A DNA stretch of 49,761 nt, filler included, from Catajapyx aquilonaris (Eukaryota), in the NCBI GenBank assembly GCA_000934665.2. It is 3 parts of 3 records of this genome, joined end to end, with 100 filler letters (N's around TTAATTAATTAA, not from the genome) between each part and the next. Parts side by side here need not be neighbours in the genome. Positions count along the whole stretch, not along the records: positions 1 to 16,553 come from JYFJ02007174.1; 2 more parts are not named here. One strand, written 5' to 3'. The translations under genes were made by a program, and so were the position numbers. Below the pieces are notes generated by a model. It saw nothing but the letters and a program-made list of their open reading frames with translations, searched no databases and was not told where the DNA came from. Positions 1-12,204 of this stretch are shown here, in pieces. Position 1 is the first letter of the stretch. Each line of letters opens with the position of its first letter.

Positions 1-972
1 GAGGGGGGGGGGGTCCACAACAACTTCTTGCAGGGGGGCCCAGAATTTGAAGTTCCGCCACTGCCTCTGTTGAACCTAGAATGACCGCTTCTTTTTTGGT
101 TAGTAGCGTTATTCACAACGCTTTCAACGGTGCCTCACACTTTCAATTTGTACTGTAAGTTTAAGCTTGAGAAATTAAAAAAAACTCTGCTTGGGGGTGA
201 TGTGGAACTTTTGACCGGTACCGGTAGTGTAAATTATAAACTTAATGCTTGAGTCGCATTTTGGTATAGCAATTCAAATGTGTCGTTTCTAAAGTTAAAT
301 CGAGTCATACAAAAAAAAAGTCAAAAAAGGACATTTTCGTTTTTGGTGCATAATGTGCAGAAGAGTGTGTAGGTAGAGGGTAAACAAAGTCCAGCTGCCA
401 ATAGGTGCCTATATTATCATAGTTCGTAGTCTTCTATATCGCGCACAGTGATCTACGAGATTCATAGATTCGTCAATACCTGCCCTAAATTTGACTTATC
501 GTGGAGGGATAGATATAAGTTTTTAGGGGTTTTCCTAGTCGCTGAATACGAATTTGAAGTGAAATTTGTCAAATTGACAGATGTTCACATACAGGGGTTG
601 GACAATGTAATAGGGCCCCAGCAAAAAACTGTTGAAACTTTTCTTCTATTTTATTGGAAAAGTGTAAAGGTTACAAAAATCCTTGACAAAAATGACTTGC
701 TGGGTTTTGAAGTTCCATCGATGTCACTTTGTGTGGTATACGGATTGACCAGTAATCATGCGAGGTGGCACAGGAAAAAAAAAGAAACTACACTCCCCCC
801 TCCCCAACACTGATTTAAAGAATAGGCTGAGTGTACAGTGGGTTGGACAAAATAATGCATGTTTGAGTCATCTGTATACACAAAATGACATAATAGATAG
901 AGCTTCAAAACCCAGGAAAGATCATTCCTGCAACGGTTTTGGTTTTCTAATTAAATGTTATTCGTATGCTTT

Positions 973-1231
973 AAGGGTGGAATCGTGGTGGCTCCCACAT
1001 GTCTGCCGTCAGATATGAGAAGCCCGTAACTCAATATTCACTTCCCTTGCGGCGAGAAATGAAAGCAAGTGTTACCGAAAGCATCCAAGAGATGGCGTTG
1101 GGGGAAGGTGGAAAAAGGAACGGAACCCCAACTCCACCTCTTGGATGCTTTTGGTACCACTACTTTTTTTCTCGCCACAAGGGGAAGTGGACATTGAGTT
1201 ATGGTCTTCTCATATCTGACGGCAGATGTAA
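973..1231. mobile_element. Partial MITE with ~60-bp inverted arms, related to the 1829-2734 element
   Basis: 1001-1059 is complementary to 1167-1231; left end ggaatcgtggtggctc is shared with the TIR at 1829. Confidence 0.6.
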
Positions 1232-1269
1232 GGTCCAACAAGTGGCGTATAAGTATCATATATACAGGG

Positions 1270-1572
1270 TGATCCGAAGCAGGTTGGTGTAGTGGTTAAG
1301 GAGTCCGACTGCTAATCGGGAGGTCCTGGGTTCGATTCCTGGGGCCGGCGAACCTGACTGTGGTTTTCCATGGCCCCCCCAGGATAATTCCGGGGTCGTT
1401 TCCGTACAATAAGCCACAGCCGCTTTCCTTCCCTCCCTATCCTTGGCCCCATCCATGTGTGAGGAATAAATTTCAGAAATATTGAGCAGTGAAATGGTGG
1501 TATTCCACCCCCCTAATGGAGCGCTGATTCTCCCAATGAGGTAAAATAAGTAAATAAATAAATGAAATAAAT
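1270..1572 (+). mobile_element. tRNA-derived SINE, family A copy 1
   Basis: A box TGGTGTAGTGG, B box GGTTCGATTCC, stem-loop TCCGA-CTGCTAA-TCGGG, body GCCACAGCCGCTT.CCTTCC, tail ggtaaaataa(ataa)n. Second copy at 42397. Confidence 0.8.
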
Positions 1573-1654
1573 ATATACAGGCTGAAGGGAAACTTGCGCC
1601 CAATCGCCAGGTAGACTGATAGTACTTGCAAAACTAATATAGGGATGTGTATTG

Positions 1655-1805
1655 GGTGACATGGTGGCGCAGTGGTTAGTGCCACAGCCTTCCACCTCTG
1701 AGGTCCCGAGTTCAATCCCCGGATTGGACAGAGGATACTTATGTGGATAGAGTTTTGATGGGTTCTCTCCGTGTTTGCTTGGGTTTTCTCCCACAATCAA
1801 AATCC
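1655..1805 (+). mobile_element. tRNA-derived SINE fragment with V-domain-like core
   Basis: A box TGGCGCAGTGG, B box AGTTCAATCCC, followed by GAGTTT..GTTCTCTCCGTGTTTGCTTGGGTTTTCTCCCACA. Confidence 0.65.
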
Positions 1806-1828
1806 ATCACAGCAAAGGCAATGATTAA

Positions 1829-2734
1829 GGCCGGAATCGTGGTGGCTCGCGTAAGTCTGCATGGGCATAAATTGTGACGTAACTCCCATACGGACGACGG
1901 ACGCCACCGTGGTGAAAAGTTACGGGAGGCGTGCGATTGAAAACATCCTGTAAATCCACGGGACGTCTCGAGATTCCATAGGACTTATGGGAGTGTTGGC
2001 CCTGGGCTTTTTCAGGCCCCCAAGGAGTTTTGGTGGGGCAGGGTTTGCTTCAGGTTGCGGGGGAGAGTGCCCGGGGCTTGGGGCGGCCCGGGGGCCTCTT
2101 CGGATGTGACTTCCGTCAGGTCGGATTTTTCATCGCCTCACCAACCAAATGCAATGAAATCGTGTGGAGTGAGGACCGGGACGGATCGTGGCTGTGGGCG
2201 GACCGTCGCTAGGGGCGGCCCCGGGGCCACTTTGAATGTGCGTTCTCAGTTCTTCTGTAATGTCGGATTTATCATCACATCCCCAACCGAATCCAATGCA
2301 ATGGTGTGGGGTGCACCCAGGGGCAGCCCGAGGGCCAGTTTGGATGCTCATTGTATAGTCGGGAAGGATATGCACCGCCTGCCGGCCACATGGTTCACAT
2401 TGCGCACCTAGGGCCCTACGCCGATGATTGCCACCCTACCCCCCAACCTGACAGAGAAACCCCCACCCCCACCCTTGCCCCCACCTACACACACCCCACA
2501 TGCAACCCGCGCGAGAAGCCTGTTCCGGGATTGGCTGTTAGAGCCCATTGGTCACGGATACCAGGCTTTGCAAGTGATATCTGGGGGTTGAGTCCGGCCG
2601 ATTAAAGAGCCGATATGCTAGTTCACCACGATGGACTTCTCCTTTAGATATAAGGCCCCTTTACCGGCCGCCATGTTTACAGGCGTCACGTGACTTGCAG
2701 GGGCATACATGTGGGAGACACCGCGATTCCGGCC
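1829..2734. mobile_element. Non-autonomous PIF/Harbinger-like element
   Basis: TIRs GGCCGGAATCG.GGTG.CTC and reverse complement; TAA on both flanks (1826-1828, 2735-2737); internal degenerate direct repeats about 2080-2330. Confidence 0.75.
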
Positions 2735-2796
2735 TAAAGACGGTTCACGAAAAGATGATCCCCTAAGAGGCCCAAGGAGGCCTATCACGGGGTATC

Positions 2797-2798
<2 letters not shown>

Positions 2799-2874
<76 letters not shown>
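2799..2874. repeat. (ATT)n microsatellite
   Basis: Perfect trinucleotide run. Confidence 0.95.
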
Positions 2875-2875
<1 letters not shown>

Positions 2876-3160
2876 GGTTTATAGGTTTATTTTCGCAAGT
2901 TTTAATTTAGTTCATATGTCGGGTTAGCCTGCGTCTCCCTTCATCGCTGACTACCCCTCATAGGGAAATGTGGTGGTGATGATGATGACGATGACGATGA
3001 TTACAACTAGCTGTGATACCTGGCGTTGCCCGGGAAGAAATGAATGAAGGGATAACAGTCACCTGTAGCCCCGTAAAAATGTTCACGCACACAGAGAGCC
3101 GCCATGACACTTTTAGGAAGGCCGGGTTCATGGTCGACTACTAAGGTCTGGACACTCCCC

Positions 3161-3659
3161 CCTGCCAGGGCGTTTTGCAGGAGGTGCTCACCTGAGAGCG
3201 CCATGAGACCTTTCACGGAACATTTATGTGGCGACCCTACCGGACTACGCTGAACTTTATAGGTACAAAAGGCAGGGGCGGATCCACGGGGCGGGGGGGG
3301 GAGGAAATAGGGGACATTCNAATCAAATCGGATTTCATTCGAACCGCGATTTTTTCGAACGTCCGCGCGATAGCGCGGCCTGGTTTCATACTAGACTCCC
3401 ACCTCCCACATTCACCTAAGCTCGTGTGACCTTGACCCCCCCCCCCCCCAAATCCTATCTAGATTCGCCCCTGCAAAAGGGAAGCGCTACATTGGGGGGA
3501 CCCAACATGGTCTTCGGCGGCCATGTTCGGCCCACATGTAGGGCTTCCCTTTTGTACCTATAAAGTTCAGCGTAGTCCGGTAGGGTCGCCTAATAAATGC
3601 TCCGTGAAAGGTCTCATGGCGCTCTCAGGTGAGCACCTCCTGCAAAACGCCCCGGCAGG
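3161..3659. mobile_element. Foldback element nested in the Helitron
   Basis: 3161-3272 is a near-perfect inverted copy of 3549-3659; pairing continues through 3481-3548. Confidence 0.75.
3273..3473. mobile_element. 201-bp MITE with 7-bp TSD (P- or hAT-like)
   Basis: TIR CAGGGGCGGATC / GATTCGCCCCTG; CAAAAGG duplicated at 3266-3272 and 3474-3480. Confidence 0.8.
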
Positions 3660-3798
3660 CGATAAGATAAGAACATAGAGGTAGTGTCTGATGGCTGGCC
3701 GGGTCGGAAGGACGGGAGAGGTTGGAGGTATAGGAAGCGGACCACAGACGGCAGGCAAATGAGATGGATGGCGTGCCGGACGGACGGACGGACGGACG

Positions 3799-3836
<38 letters not shown>

Positions 3837-4025
3837 ATGACATCCGTCTTTATTGATATAATATTAGGAAGGCCAGGAGAGGTTGGAGGTGTTGCAAGTG
3901 GCCCACAGATGGCAGGCAAATGACGGTTGGCGTTATATGGGCGGGAGAAGGACCGCATCCAGATGGCATTGGTGGGCGGACAGACAGACAGACAGACGGA
4001 CTCACAAACGTCTTTATTGATATAG

Positions 4026-4087
<62 letters not shown>
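4026..4087. repeat. (ATT)n microsatellite
   Basis: Perfect trinucleotide run abutting the Helitron 5' end. Confidence 0.95.
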
Positions 4088-4090
<3 letters not shown>

Positions 4091-4827
4091 GGAATGGGCA
4101 ATTAGTTTTGGGTGCCGGTGTGTAGTTAATGCATACGGCACCTAGTGTAGAGGGCCAGGTGGTAAAATATGAGGAAAAAAGACTAACAAGTAAGTGCACG
4201 GGTGTTGCACCCGGATTCTTACTCTGACGGGATTTGATCACCTATTGCACATGGACAATGTGGACAAGGCCGGATTATTCGGAGGCCCTTGAGTTCTCTG
4301 CATATAGCAAAATCCGCCAATGCTCAAGTCCGTTACTTGCATGTGCTCCTGTATCCCTTAAGTCAGTGGTTCCAAATCTTTTTTTGCTTGAGGTACCCTG
4401 ATGCACACCAGAAATTTTGAAAGCATCCCTAACTTTACACTCACAAGTTTCATCCCTAGCTTTAAGTAGGCAAATGTTAAGAAAAATATTTGTGCTTTGT
4501 ACTGGAATCTAAGAAGCATCCTATCCCCCCCATATTTTTAAGACAAAAAGTGTGTCTTAGATTCAAGTAAATATTCCTAGGGTAGCTGATACATGTGGAA
4601 TTAGAATATGGAATTAATTTTGCGTATTTTTGTTGCATTTTGTTTGGTCACACCGCATCTTTCAAGGCTCAATTTTCGCTATTGTGACAGGTTACTGAAT
4701 TGCACTCCTCTTCCACAGCTACATCTGAAGATCTGGTTTCTCTGCTATTGGAGCGTCATTGCCTAGTGGAGCAGAATCACCTGCAAGAAGTCACCATTAC
4801 TCAACTTCTATACAAGAACCATTAAAG

Positions 4828-7800
4828 ATGCAGCTGAAACTGGTGGCCAGTTCAACGGACCCACCTCTGGGTACCCTTGCAACTGTTCAAATCTTGTCTC
4901 CCACTGTTTCTGTGTCTGTTGTATTTGGCCGTGAAACCTCCCTGAAGATAAACTCTGACTTGATTTTGAGCCAGGATGCTGGAATGGCGAGATATTTGGC
5001 CCGTCTTGCTCCTAATCGTGGCCTGTATGGGTCACACTCAGTGCTGGAACGTACTGAGGTTGATCATTGGCTGTCATTTAGTCAAGGACCACTCTTCAGC
5101 GGCAGAGATCACCAAGAGGCATTGGCATATTTGGAGTGCGCATTGGGAGCTTCCTCATATCTAGTTGGAGAAAGAGTCACTATTGCAGATTTGGTGGTGT
5201 GGGCTGCTGTGCGACAGTGTCAGGCGGAGGGCAATGTTGCTAGGTGGCAAAAATCAATAGGGGAATTGGATGCAGTCAAACATGCAATTGCGAGCTTGCC
5301 AGGGACCGTGGCATCAGATGTGCAGAAGCGTGACGAGGGAAAGTTTGTGGATCTTCCTGGCGCCAAAATGGGCAAAGTTGTGGTTCGTTTCCCACCTGAA
5401 GCCAGTGGGTACCTGCACATTGGTCATGCAAAAGCAGCATTGCTTAATCAACACTACCAACAGGCCTTTCAAGGGACACTAATCATGAGATTTGATGACA
5501 CAAACCCAGCTAAAGAAAAGGCTGACTTTGAGAAGGTCATACTTGAGGACCTAAAGATGTTGCAGATATATCCTGACATATTTACCCACACTTCAGACCA
5601 TTTTGACACACTCTTAGCATATTGCGAGCAGATGATTAAAGAAGGAAAGGCATATGTGGATAATACAGAACCAGAGACCATGAAGCAAGAAAGGGAGCAA
5701 CGGGTTGAATCAAGAAATCGCAATAATGATGTGGAATGCAACCTGAAAATGTGGGAAGAAATGAAAGGTGGTACGCCTGTTGGGCAGCGGTGTTGTGTGC
5801 GTGCCAAAATTGATATGCAATCGCCAAATGGCTGCATGAGAGACCCCACCATATACCGCTGCAAGGATGATCTGCATGTGCGCACTGGTAACAAGTACAA
5901 AGTGTATCCTACCTATGACTTTGCCTGCCCAATAGTTGACAGCATAGAAGGGGTGACGCATGCGCTACGCACAACTGAATATCGGGATCGTGACGACCAG
6001 TTCTACTGGTTCTGTGACGCTCTGAATCTACGTCGTCCTGTGGTGTGGGAGTATAGTCGACTCAACATGATGAATACCGTGCTATCAAAACGAAAACTGA
6101 CGTGGTTTGTCGAGGAAGGCATCGTTGATGGTTGGGATGATGCACGATTTCCCACTGTGCGAGGCGTTTTGCGCAGGGGCATGACCGTTGAGGGGTTGAA
6201 GCAGTTCATAATTGCACAGGGATCATCTCGTGCTGTGGTCAACATGGAATGGGACAAAATATGGGCTTTCAACAAGAAGGTGATAGATCCTGCAGCACCA
6301 AGGTACACTGCACTGGAACGTGACACCTTAGTGCCTGTGATTGTTAAGGGTGCCAAGGAAATTGCACTCAGTGCAGCAAAACATCCCAAAAACCCTGACC
6401 TTGGAAGTAAAACTGTCTGGGCATCATCTCAAGTGGTGATTGAGTCTGCTGACATTTCATTGCTTAAAGAAGGAGAAAATGCAACTTTCATCAACTGGGG
6501 TAACCTTCGCATCAGAAGCATCAAGCAAGATAGTATTGAAGCTGAATTGAACTTGGGTGATAAGGACTACAAGAAGACTCCGAAGCTAACTTGGCTTGCA
6601 CAGACCAAGTCAGCACATGTACCATGCGTGTGTGTATACTTTGAGCACATCATCAACAAGGCTGTCCTTGGTAAGGATGAGGACTTTAAAAACTTTGTGG
6701 AGCGTGACAGTCGAAAAGAGGTTACGATGGTGGGTGACCCTGATCTGGCCACCTTGAAGAAGGGGGATATCATTCAGCTGCAGCGGCGTGGTTTCTTCAT
6801 ATGTGATGAACCATATCAACCACCAAGTGTTTATACTGGACGCGAGTCACCTGTAGTCTTGTTTTTTATTCCTGATGGGCATTCCAAGCAAGACATCAAG
6901 GAAGTTGCTGTCCCTTCATCCAAGAAGCAGGAAGTCAAACAATCCAAAAATGCTTCTGACAGTAGAAACCCACTTGTAATAGACAACTGCATTAAAATGC
7001 GAGGGGAGAATATAAGGGAACTGAAATCTGGAAAGGCGGACAAAAAGTTGGTGGATGCTGAAGTTAAAATCCTTCTTGCTCTGAAGGCCCAGTTCAAGGC
7101 AGTCACAGGTCAGGACTGGAAGCCAGATATCCAAGTTACATTAGAACCAGAAGAGTGCCCAGTTGTGATTGACCAGAAGATACGGGATCAGGGCAACAAG
7201 GTGCGGCAGCTGAAGGAGCAGCAGGCAGGCAAAAGTTTGATTGAAGCAGAAGTTAAAACACTACTATCCTTGAAAGCCCATTACGAAAAAGTAACAGGCC
7301 AGGACTGGAGGCTAGACCCAGCTCCCAACAAAAAGAGCAGCCAAGAACCATCACCTGTACCAGAGGAAACAAAGGGTAATGATGTTGCTGCTTTGAAGGT
7401 GCAAATAGACGATCAAGGGAACAAGGTGAGACAGCTAAAGTCTCAGTCTGCTCCAAAGGAGGAAGTGGATAAGGAGGTGAAGGTGCTGCTGGACCTCAAG
7501 TCACGCTATAAGGATTTGACCGGTGAAGATTTGGGTGGGGGAAAGCCTGCCAAGAAGGACAAGGGCAAGAAGGCACAGGTGAAGCCCCAGCAGGCAGCAC
7601 CCTGTGCAGCAGAAAATGTCAGCAACACATCTCAGCAGGGCCCCAAGAAGCAGACACGCCTTGGTCTGGAAGCACGCAAGTCAGAAAACCTGCCAGATTG
7701 GTACAGCCAGGTCATAACCAAGGCAGAAATGATTGAATACTATGATGTGAGTGGCTGCTACATCCTTCGCCCTTGGTCATACGCCATCTGGGAGGCAATT

Positions 7801-7920
7801 CAGCATTGGTTTGACCAGCACATAAAGAAACTTGGGGTGCAGAACTGCTACTTCCCCCTCTTTGTGTCTGCAGGGGCGCTGGAGAAGGAGAAAACCCATG
7901 TGGCTGACTTTGCACCTGAG
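4828..7920 (+). CDS. EPRS: Bifunctional glutamyl-prolyl-tRNA synthetase, coding exon 1 (GST-like domain, GluRS, 3 WHEP repeats, start of ProRS)
   Basis: ATG at 4828 (aagATG). Contains ERTEVDHWL (GST-like), [14 protein letters not shown] (HIGH motif), VLSKRKL, three WHEP-type repeats (IDNCIKMRG.., IDQKIRDQG.., LKVQIDDQG..) and ProRS start [18 protein letters not shown]. Ends FAPE at a phase-0 donor GAG|gtatag. Confidence 0.96.
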
Positions 7921-8559
7921 GTATAGACTTCCATTGTGGTTAATTGTTGCGAGTTTTACTTTGAGCGAGAAGTGAAGACTCGAGTAAAACTAATGTAATA
8001 AATCTAATAATCATTCCTCCAAGATCAGGGAGTACAGAAAACTAGCCAAGTAATTTCGTTACCGAAATACAATTTGTTTTCAGTCTCATTTAATTACAAG
8101 ACCACTGACATTCAGTTGATTATACTAATGAACTTTTGATTTAGCATGTAGGATTGTAGGGTATTCTCTTCATATGATAATGCCAAATAAATTCTACGAA
8201 GGTCCAATTGGCAAAATTTAGCAAAGTCAAAGTGGTTAGTGTGGTAAATGCAGCAGAGAGTGGGAGGGAGGGGAGCAACATCCAACGGCAAAGGGGTAAA
8301 GTGCAGAAGTAAGCAAGTCGCCACCAGCAAAGAGGTGGCGCCCGCAACCCTGAGCGGTGAAAATGGTAATTCCGTGGAGCTGGCTTTTTTTTGAGGTTTA
8401 TGGGGTATTTTGCATTTGACAAAGTCCCTCAGCACTTTTTCCAAAAAACAAAAGTGGTTTGCAAATATAGAAAACACAGGCTAAATTTTGAGACCACTCC
8501 CAATGCGGTAAGCCATACGGTACGGGAGGAGTTTCCACGACAGTCGGGTATTATTAATA

Positions 8560-8770
8560 CAGGGTGTGTCAACTTTTTTGTCCGAACAGTTATCAGAAAT
8601 ATTGCACTATAAGCCGCTACTTTGTAAGCAGTGACTTGCAACCGATTTGTCTGAGGAATGGGGAATATTCCCTGTGAATCTTAGGTTGAAGTGCCATACA
8701 CTGCTTACAAAGTAGCAGCTTAGTGCAATATTTCCGATAACTGTTCGCACAAAAAAGTTTAGACACCCTG
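8560..8770. mobile_element. Tc1/mariner-type MITE in the EPRS intron
   Basis: TA|CAGGGTGT ... ACACCCTG|TA with ~70-bp imperfect inverted arms. Confidence 0.85.
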
Positions 8771-9441
8771 TATAGATATTTCAGCAGCAGTACTAGCGTA
8801 GGAAAAATACATGTATCATTACTGTCACAACTTGTAGTGGGGCCACTGGAACGAGTACTGACTCATTTGTCGGGACACTGAAAAATGTTGATTTGGGTGT
8901 GTTCCCCAACTTGGTCAGCTGAATGCCTCCTAACTTTTTGTCAGGGCCAGTAATGCTAGCTTCCATTGCACTTGTTACTGGAAAGAGTTAACGAGCGACC
9001 CAGCCTAGGAAGGCCCAGCACCCATCGAACTCCAGCCTTTATTTTAATTGTTCACTACAACATTCAATTAACAACATTAAGGTTACATCTGCCTCATGCA
9101 TGCCATTCACACCTCTTCAAATCATGTATTCCCCTGGGTCCTACCCCACAATTGAAATGGACTGCTGTAGTGCAGTTGGAAACTTGGCAGGGATGTTATT
9201 CTGGTTATACAGTACATGCCATCAGCATGACATTCTTGTGTATGTTTACTGAAATGTTCTGTTAGTTTAAAATCATGAAAGTTGCTTACTGGTTTGAGAA
9301 ATCTTGCGATTCCTTTCTTGGTATGTGCCTTGCAATTATGCATATTGCAATTATCACCAACATTTTCGGAGTAGGCCTACCTAAATATTTTCTTCCTAAT
9401 TGCCTACAACTTCTGCATCAGTCGTTTATTCCCATTTGCAG

Positions 9442-10704
9442 GTTGCATGGGTGACCCGCTCTGGATCAGGTCAGGACTCTGTGCAGCTGGCAGAGGCTAT
9501 TGCAATCCGCCCCACAAGTGAGACAGCCATGTACCCAGCATTTGCCAAGTGGGTGCAATCCCACCGAGACCTCCCCATCCGGCTGAACCAATGGAACAAT
9601 GTGGTGCGGTGGGAATTCAAGCACCCTCAGCCTTTTTTGCGCACCCGGGAGTTCCTGTGGCAGGAAGGTCACTCTGCATTTGGGGTGAAGGCAGAGGCAG
9701 AGAAGGAAGTCATGGAGGTGCTGGAGCTGTATGCACGAGTGTATGAGGAGCTCCTGGCCATTCCAGTGGTCAGAGGGAGGAAGACAGAAAAGGAAAAGTT
9801 TGCAGGGGCAGACTACACCACCACTGTGGAGGTCTACATCTCTGCCAGTGGGCGGGGACTGCAGGGTGCCACTTCTCACCACCTGGGGACCAACTTTTCC
9901 TCCATGTTTGGGATTGAGTTTGAGGATCCCTCTTCTGATGAAGGGAAGAAATGCCATGCCTTCCAGAACAGTTGGGGCCTCTCAACTCGCACCATTGGAG
10001 CAATGGTGATGGTCCATGGGGACGACCGTGGGTTGGTACTTCCCCCAAATGTGGCACTGGTCCAGGCGGTGATCGTTCCTTGCGGAGTGTCAGCTTCAGG
10101 AGCTGACCTCATAGCATCCATCTCCAGCATGGAAGATAGGCTGGAGACCGTAGGGGTGAGGGCAAAGAGCGACTTACGTGACAACTACTCCCCTGGGTGG
10201 AAGTTCAACCACTGGGAACTGAAAGGCGTCCCACTCAGGCTGGAAGTTGGGCCTAAGGACCAGAAAGCTGGTCAGTATGTGGCAGTCAGGAGGGACACTG
10301 GGGAAAAGAAGTCCTTTCCCTTGGCCAACCTGGAAATAGATGTGACCCAGCTGCTCCAGGAAGTTCATCAGGACATGCTGAAGAAGGCCAGGGATGAGTT
10401 GGAGGCTCACAAGAAGGTGGTGCACAAATGGGAGGAACTGCGGTCCCACCTGGAGGCTCGCTGCATCATACTTGCTCCATTCTGTGGAGAGGTCCAGTGT
10501 GAAGAGGCCATCAAGAAGGACAGTGCCGTGACTGCTGCTGCCCCAAACCCTGAACAGAGCGACCCTGCCGCTCCCTCCATGGGGGCCAAGAGTCTCTGCA
10601 TCCCATTTGAGCAGCCACAGGACCTGCCCCCCAATGCCAAGTGCATCCATCCTCAGTGTAACAGGCGACCAAAGTTTTACACACTATTTGGTCGCAGTTA
10701 CTGA
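9442..10704 (+). CDS. EPRS: EPRS coding exon 2 (ProRS catalytic, anticodon-binding and C-terminal domains)
   Basis: Acceptor cccatttgcag|GTTGCATGG restores [12 protein letters not shown]. Contains [39 protein letters not shown] and ends LFGRSY-TGA. Confidence 0.96.
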   Translation, partial: VAWVTRSGSGQDSVQLAEAIAIRPTSETAMYPAFAKWVQSHRDLPIRLNQWNNVVRWEFKHPQPFLRTREFLWQEGHSAFGVKAEAEKEVMEVLELYARVYEELLAIPVVRGRKTEKEKFAGADYTTTVEVYISASGRGLQGATSHHLGTNFSSMFGIEFEDPSSDEGKKCHAFQNSWGLSTRTIGAMVMVHGDDRGLVLPPNVALVQAVIVPCGVSASGADLIASISSMEDRLETVGVRAKSDLRDNYSPGWKFNHWELKGVPLRLEVGPKDQKAGQYVAVRRDTGEKKSFPLANLEIDVTQLLQEVHQDMLKKARDELEAHKKVVHKWEELRSHLEARCIILAPFCGEVQCEEAIKKDSAVTAAAPNPEQSDPAAPSMGAKSLCIPFEQPQDLPPNAKCIHPQCNRRPKFYTLFGRSY

Positions 10705-10731
10705 ACATGAGTAAGCATCATGTAGAGAGGC

Positions 10732-10737
10732 AATAAA
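10732..10737 (+). promoter_or_regulatory. Probable polyadenylation signal of EPRS
   Basis: AATAAA 27 nt after the EPRS stop codon. Confidence 0.6.
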
Positions 10738-12204
10738 TATTTAGAAATCAAAATGAACCATTATTCTAACCCTGACTTGCAAATCCATGACCTTTCTTGA
10801 TGTAAACATAATGAATCATTGAGAATGTAAACATCTGAAGTACATTTTTCAAAATTTAGGTAATGGAATTAAGGGGTGTCGGTAAATAGGGCATAAGTGG
10901 GGGGGGGGGGGGGGGGGNNNNNGGGGGGGGCAGAGATTTTGAAAAACCATGTGACCATGCAGTCTTTTCTTGGGCTGCTGGGCAGAAGAAAATGTCAGAT
11001 TTTTTGAGTCCGGCCTAATTTATTGATGAGGTAATTGCACAATTTTGTGGATAGATTCATTAATCAGTATGCAGTAGTGTACATTATAGGCAAGTAAATC
11101 AGAAAACTTTGTGTATTTGTTGCAAAAGTGGACATCTGGCTATATAGCAGACCTTGGTTATAACATTTTTTTTCCAGTGGTCCCTTGAAGTCTGTTATAT
11201 CCGGATTCAACATATACTGGAAACATTTGAAGCTGCTACTCATAGTGTGATGCTGGCTAGCTACAAGAAGTTGCTATGATTTAGCTCTGTGCTCCTTCGT
11301 GATGTCACTGATTTAAGACGTCAGCCCCCATTCGCAGCCCTTGTGGAGACATAGGTTTGTTGTGGTTGTTGGAGCGGTCTTTGTCGTTGGAGGAGGTGTG
11401 GACATTGTGGAAAGTGGAAACAGTTGTTGTGGTACTCTTCCAAGGGAAGGCCGTAGCGAGGCACTAACGGATTTGGACAAAAATCGCTCTGTGGGTAAAT
11501 CACATGAGTAGAATTCACTGGTGATGAATGTAAAAACCCGCAACACGCAGCCATTTTCGAGATATGAGTGACGTCAGATCCTGCACGCTCAATAGTGCAT
11601 CTGTTTGCTCCCCTTTTAGATTTTTTATCATCATCGAAAAAAAGTCATAGAATGGCTCTGTCTGACGGTCTGTTGACAGGTATCAGGGCCTCAACCGCAA
11701 CAGATAGCGGCAAACGGTTTTCGGATTCGGATTAAACGTGACCTAAATAGGTGTCATGCCAACTTCCGGTGACCCGCCTCTTCCGATTTTCCGGGTTTAC
11801 TCTATCCGCTTAAGTTTACTTCAGAGTTTGAGACCTATGACCCAGTTCCGTGACGGGTAATAGGGGTTCTATACTGTAATCTTTTGTTACAACTATTTGT
11901 AAATTTAGTACGATTAAACTTGAATTAGACTACTTCATCGTCAATGTTACTTTCTTTGGGGGGAAATTACCCATAAAGTTTCATAGCCTACTTGAAAGTT
12001 GAAAGAATGAGAAAAAGTATATTCTAATTACGCTCACGTGATTTTCCAATCTTGTTTTGTCCCCTTCTCCCTCCTGTCTTTTTCTATTCAAGTTCTTAAC
12101 GTGATTTTATTTTTGTTTGCACATACTGCAATGCAATGTCCTGTGGCACATGCTTTAGTCTAATTAATAAGTTAGTATAATAAATGCAAGAGATGGGCAT
12201 TATA

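Larger units (their letters stand above)
3007..4026 (-). mobile_element. Non-autonomous Helitron with internal (CTGT)n/(CCGT)n microsatellites
   Basis: Minus strand starts A|TCTATATCAATAAAGAC and ends CCCGGGCAACGCCAGG(hairpin)TATCACAGCTAG|T. The 5' module is repeated near 3860. Confidence 0.8.

Noticed and set aside
1274..1350. Functional tRNA-Ser(GCT)
   Set aside because: No long variable arm or clean acceptor stem, and it continues into a body shared with the copy at 42397, so it is a SINE head.
3614..4241. ORFs with poly-I, poly-Y, poly-N and SVCL/RTDG repeats
   Set aside because: Translations of microsatellites in and beside the Helitron.
4759..4827. ORF-track N-terminal extension of EPRS
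   Set aside because: Starts at TTG; the ATG at 4828 fits the expected EPRS N-terminus.
7921..9441. Separate GluRS and ProRS genes (EPRS fission)
   Set aside because: A canonical phase-0 GT-AG intron joins FAPE to VAWVT inside the ProRS domain.
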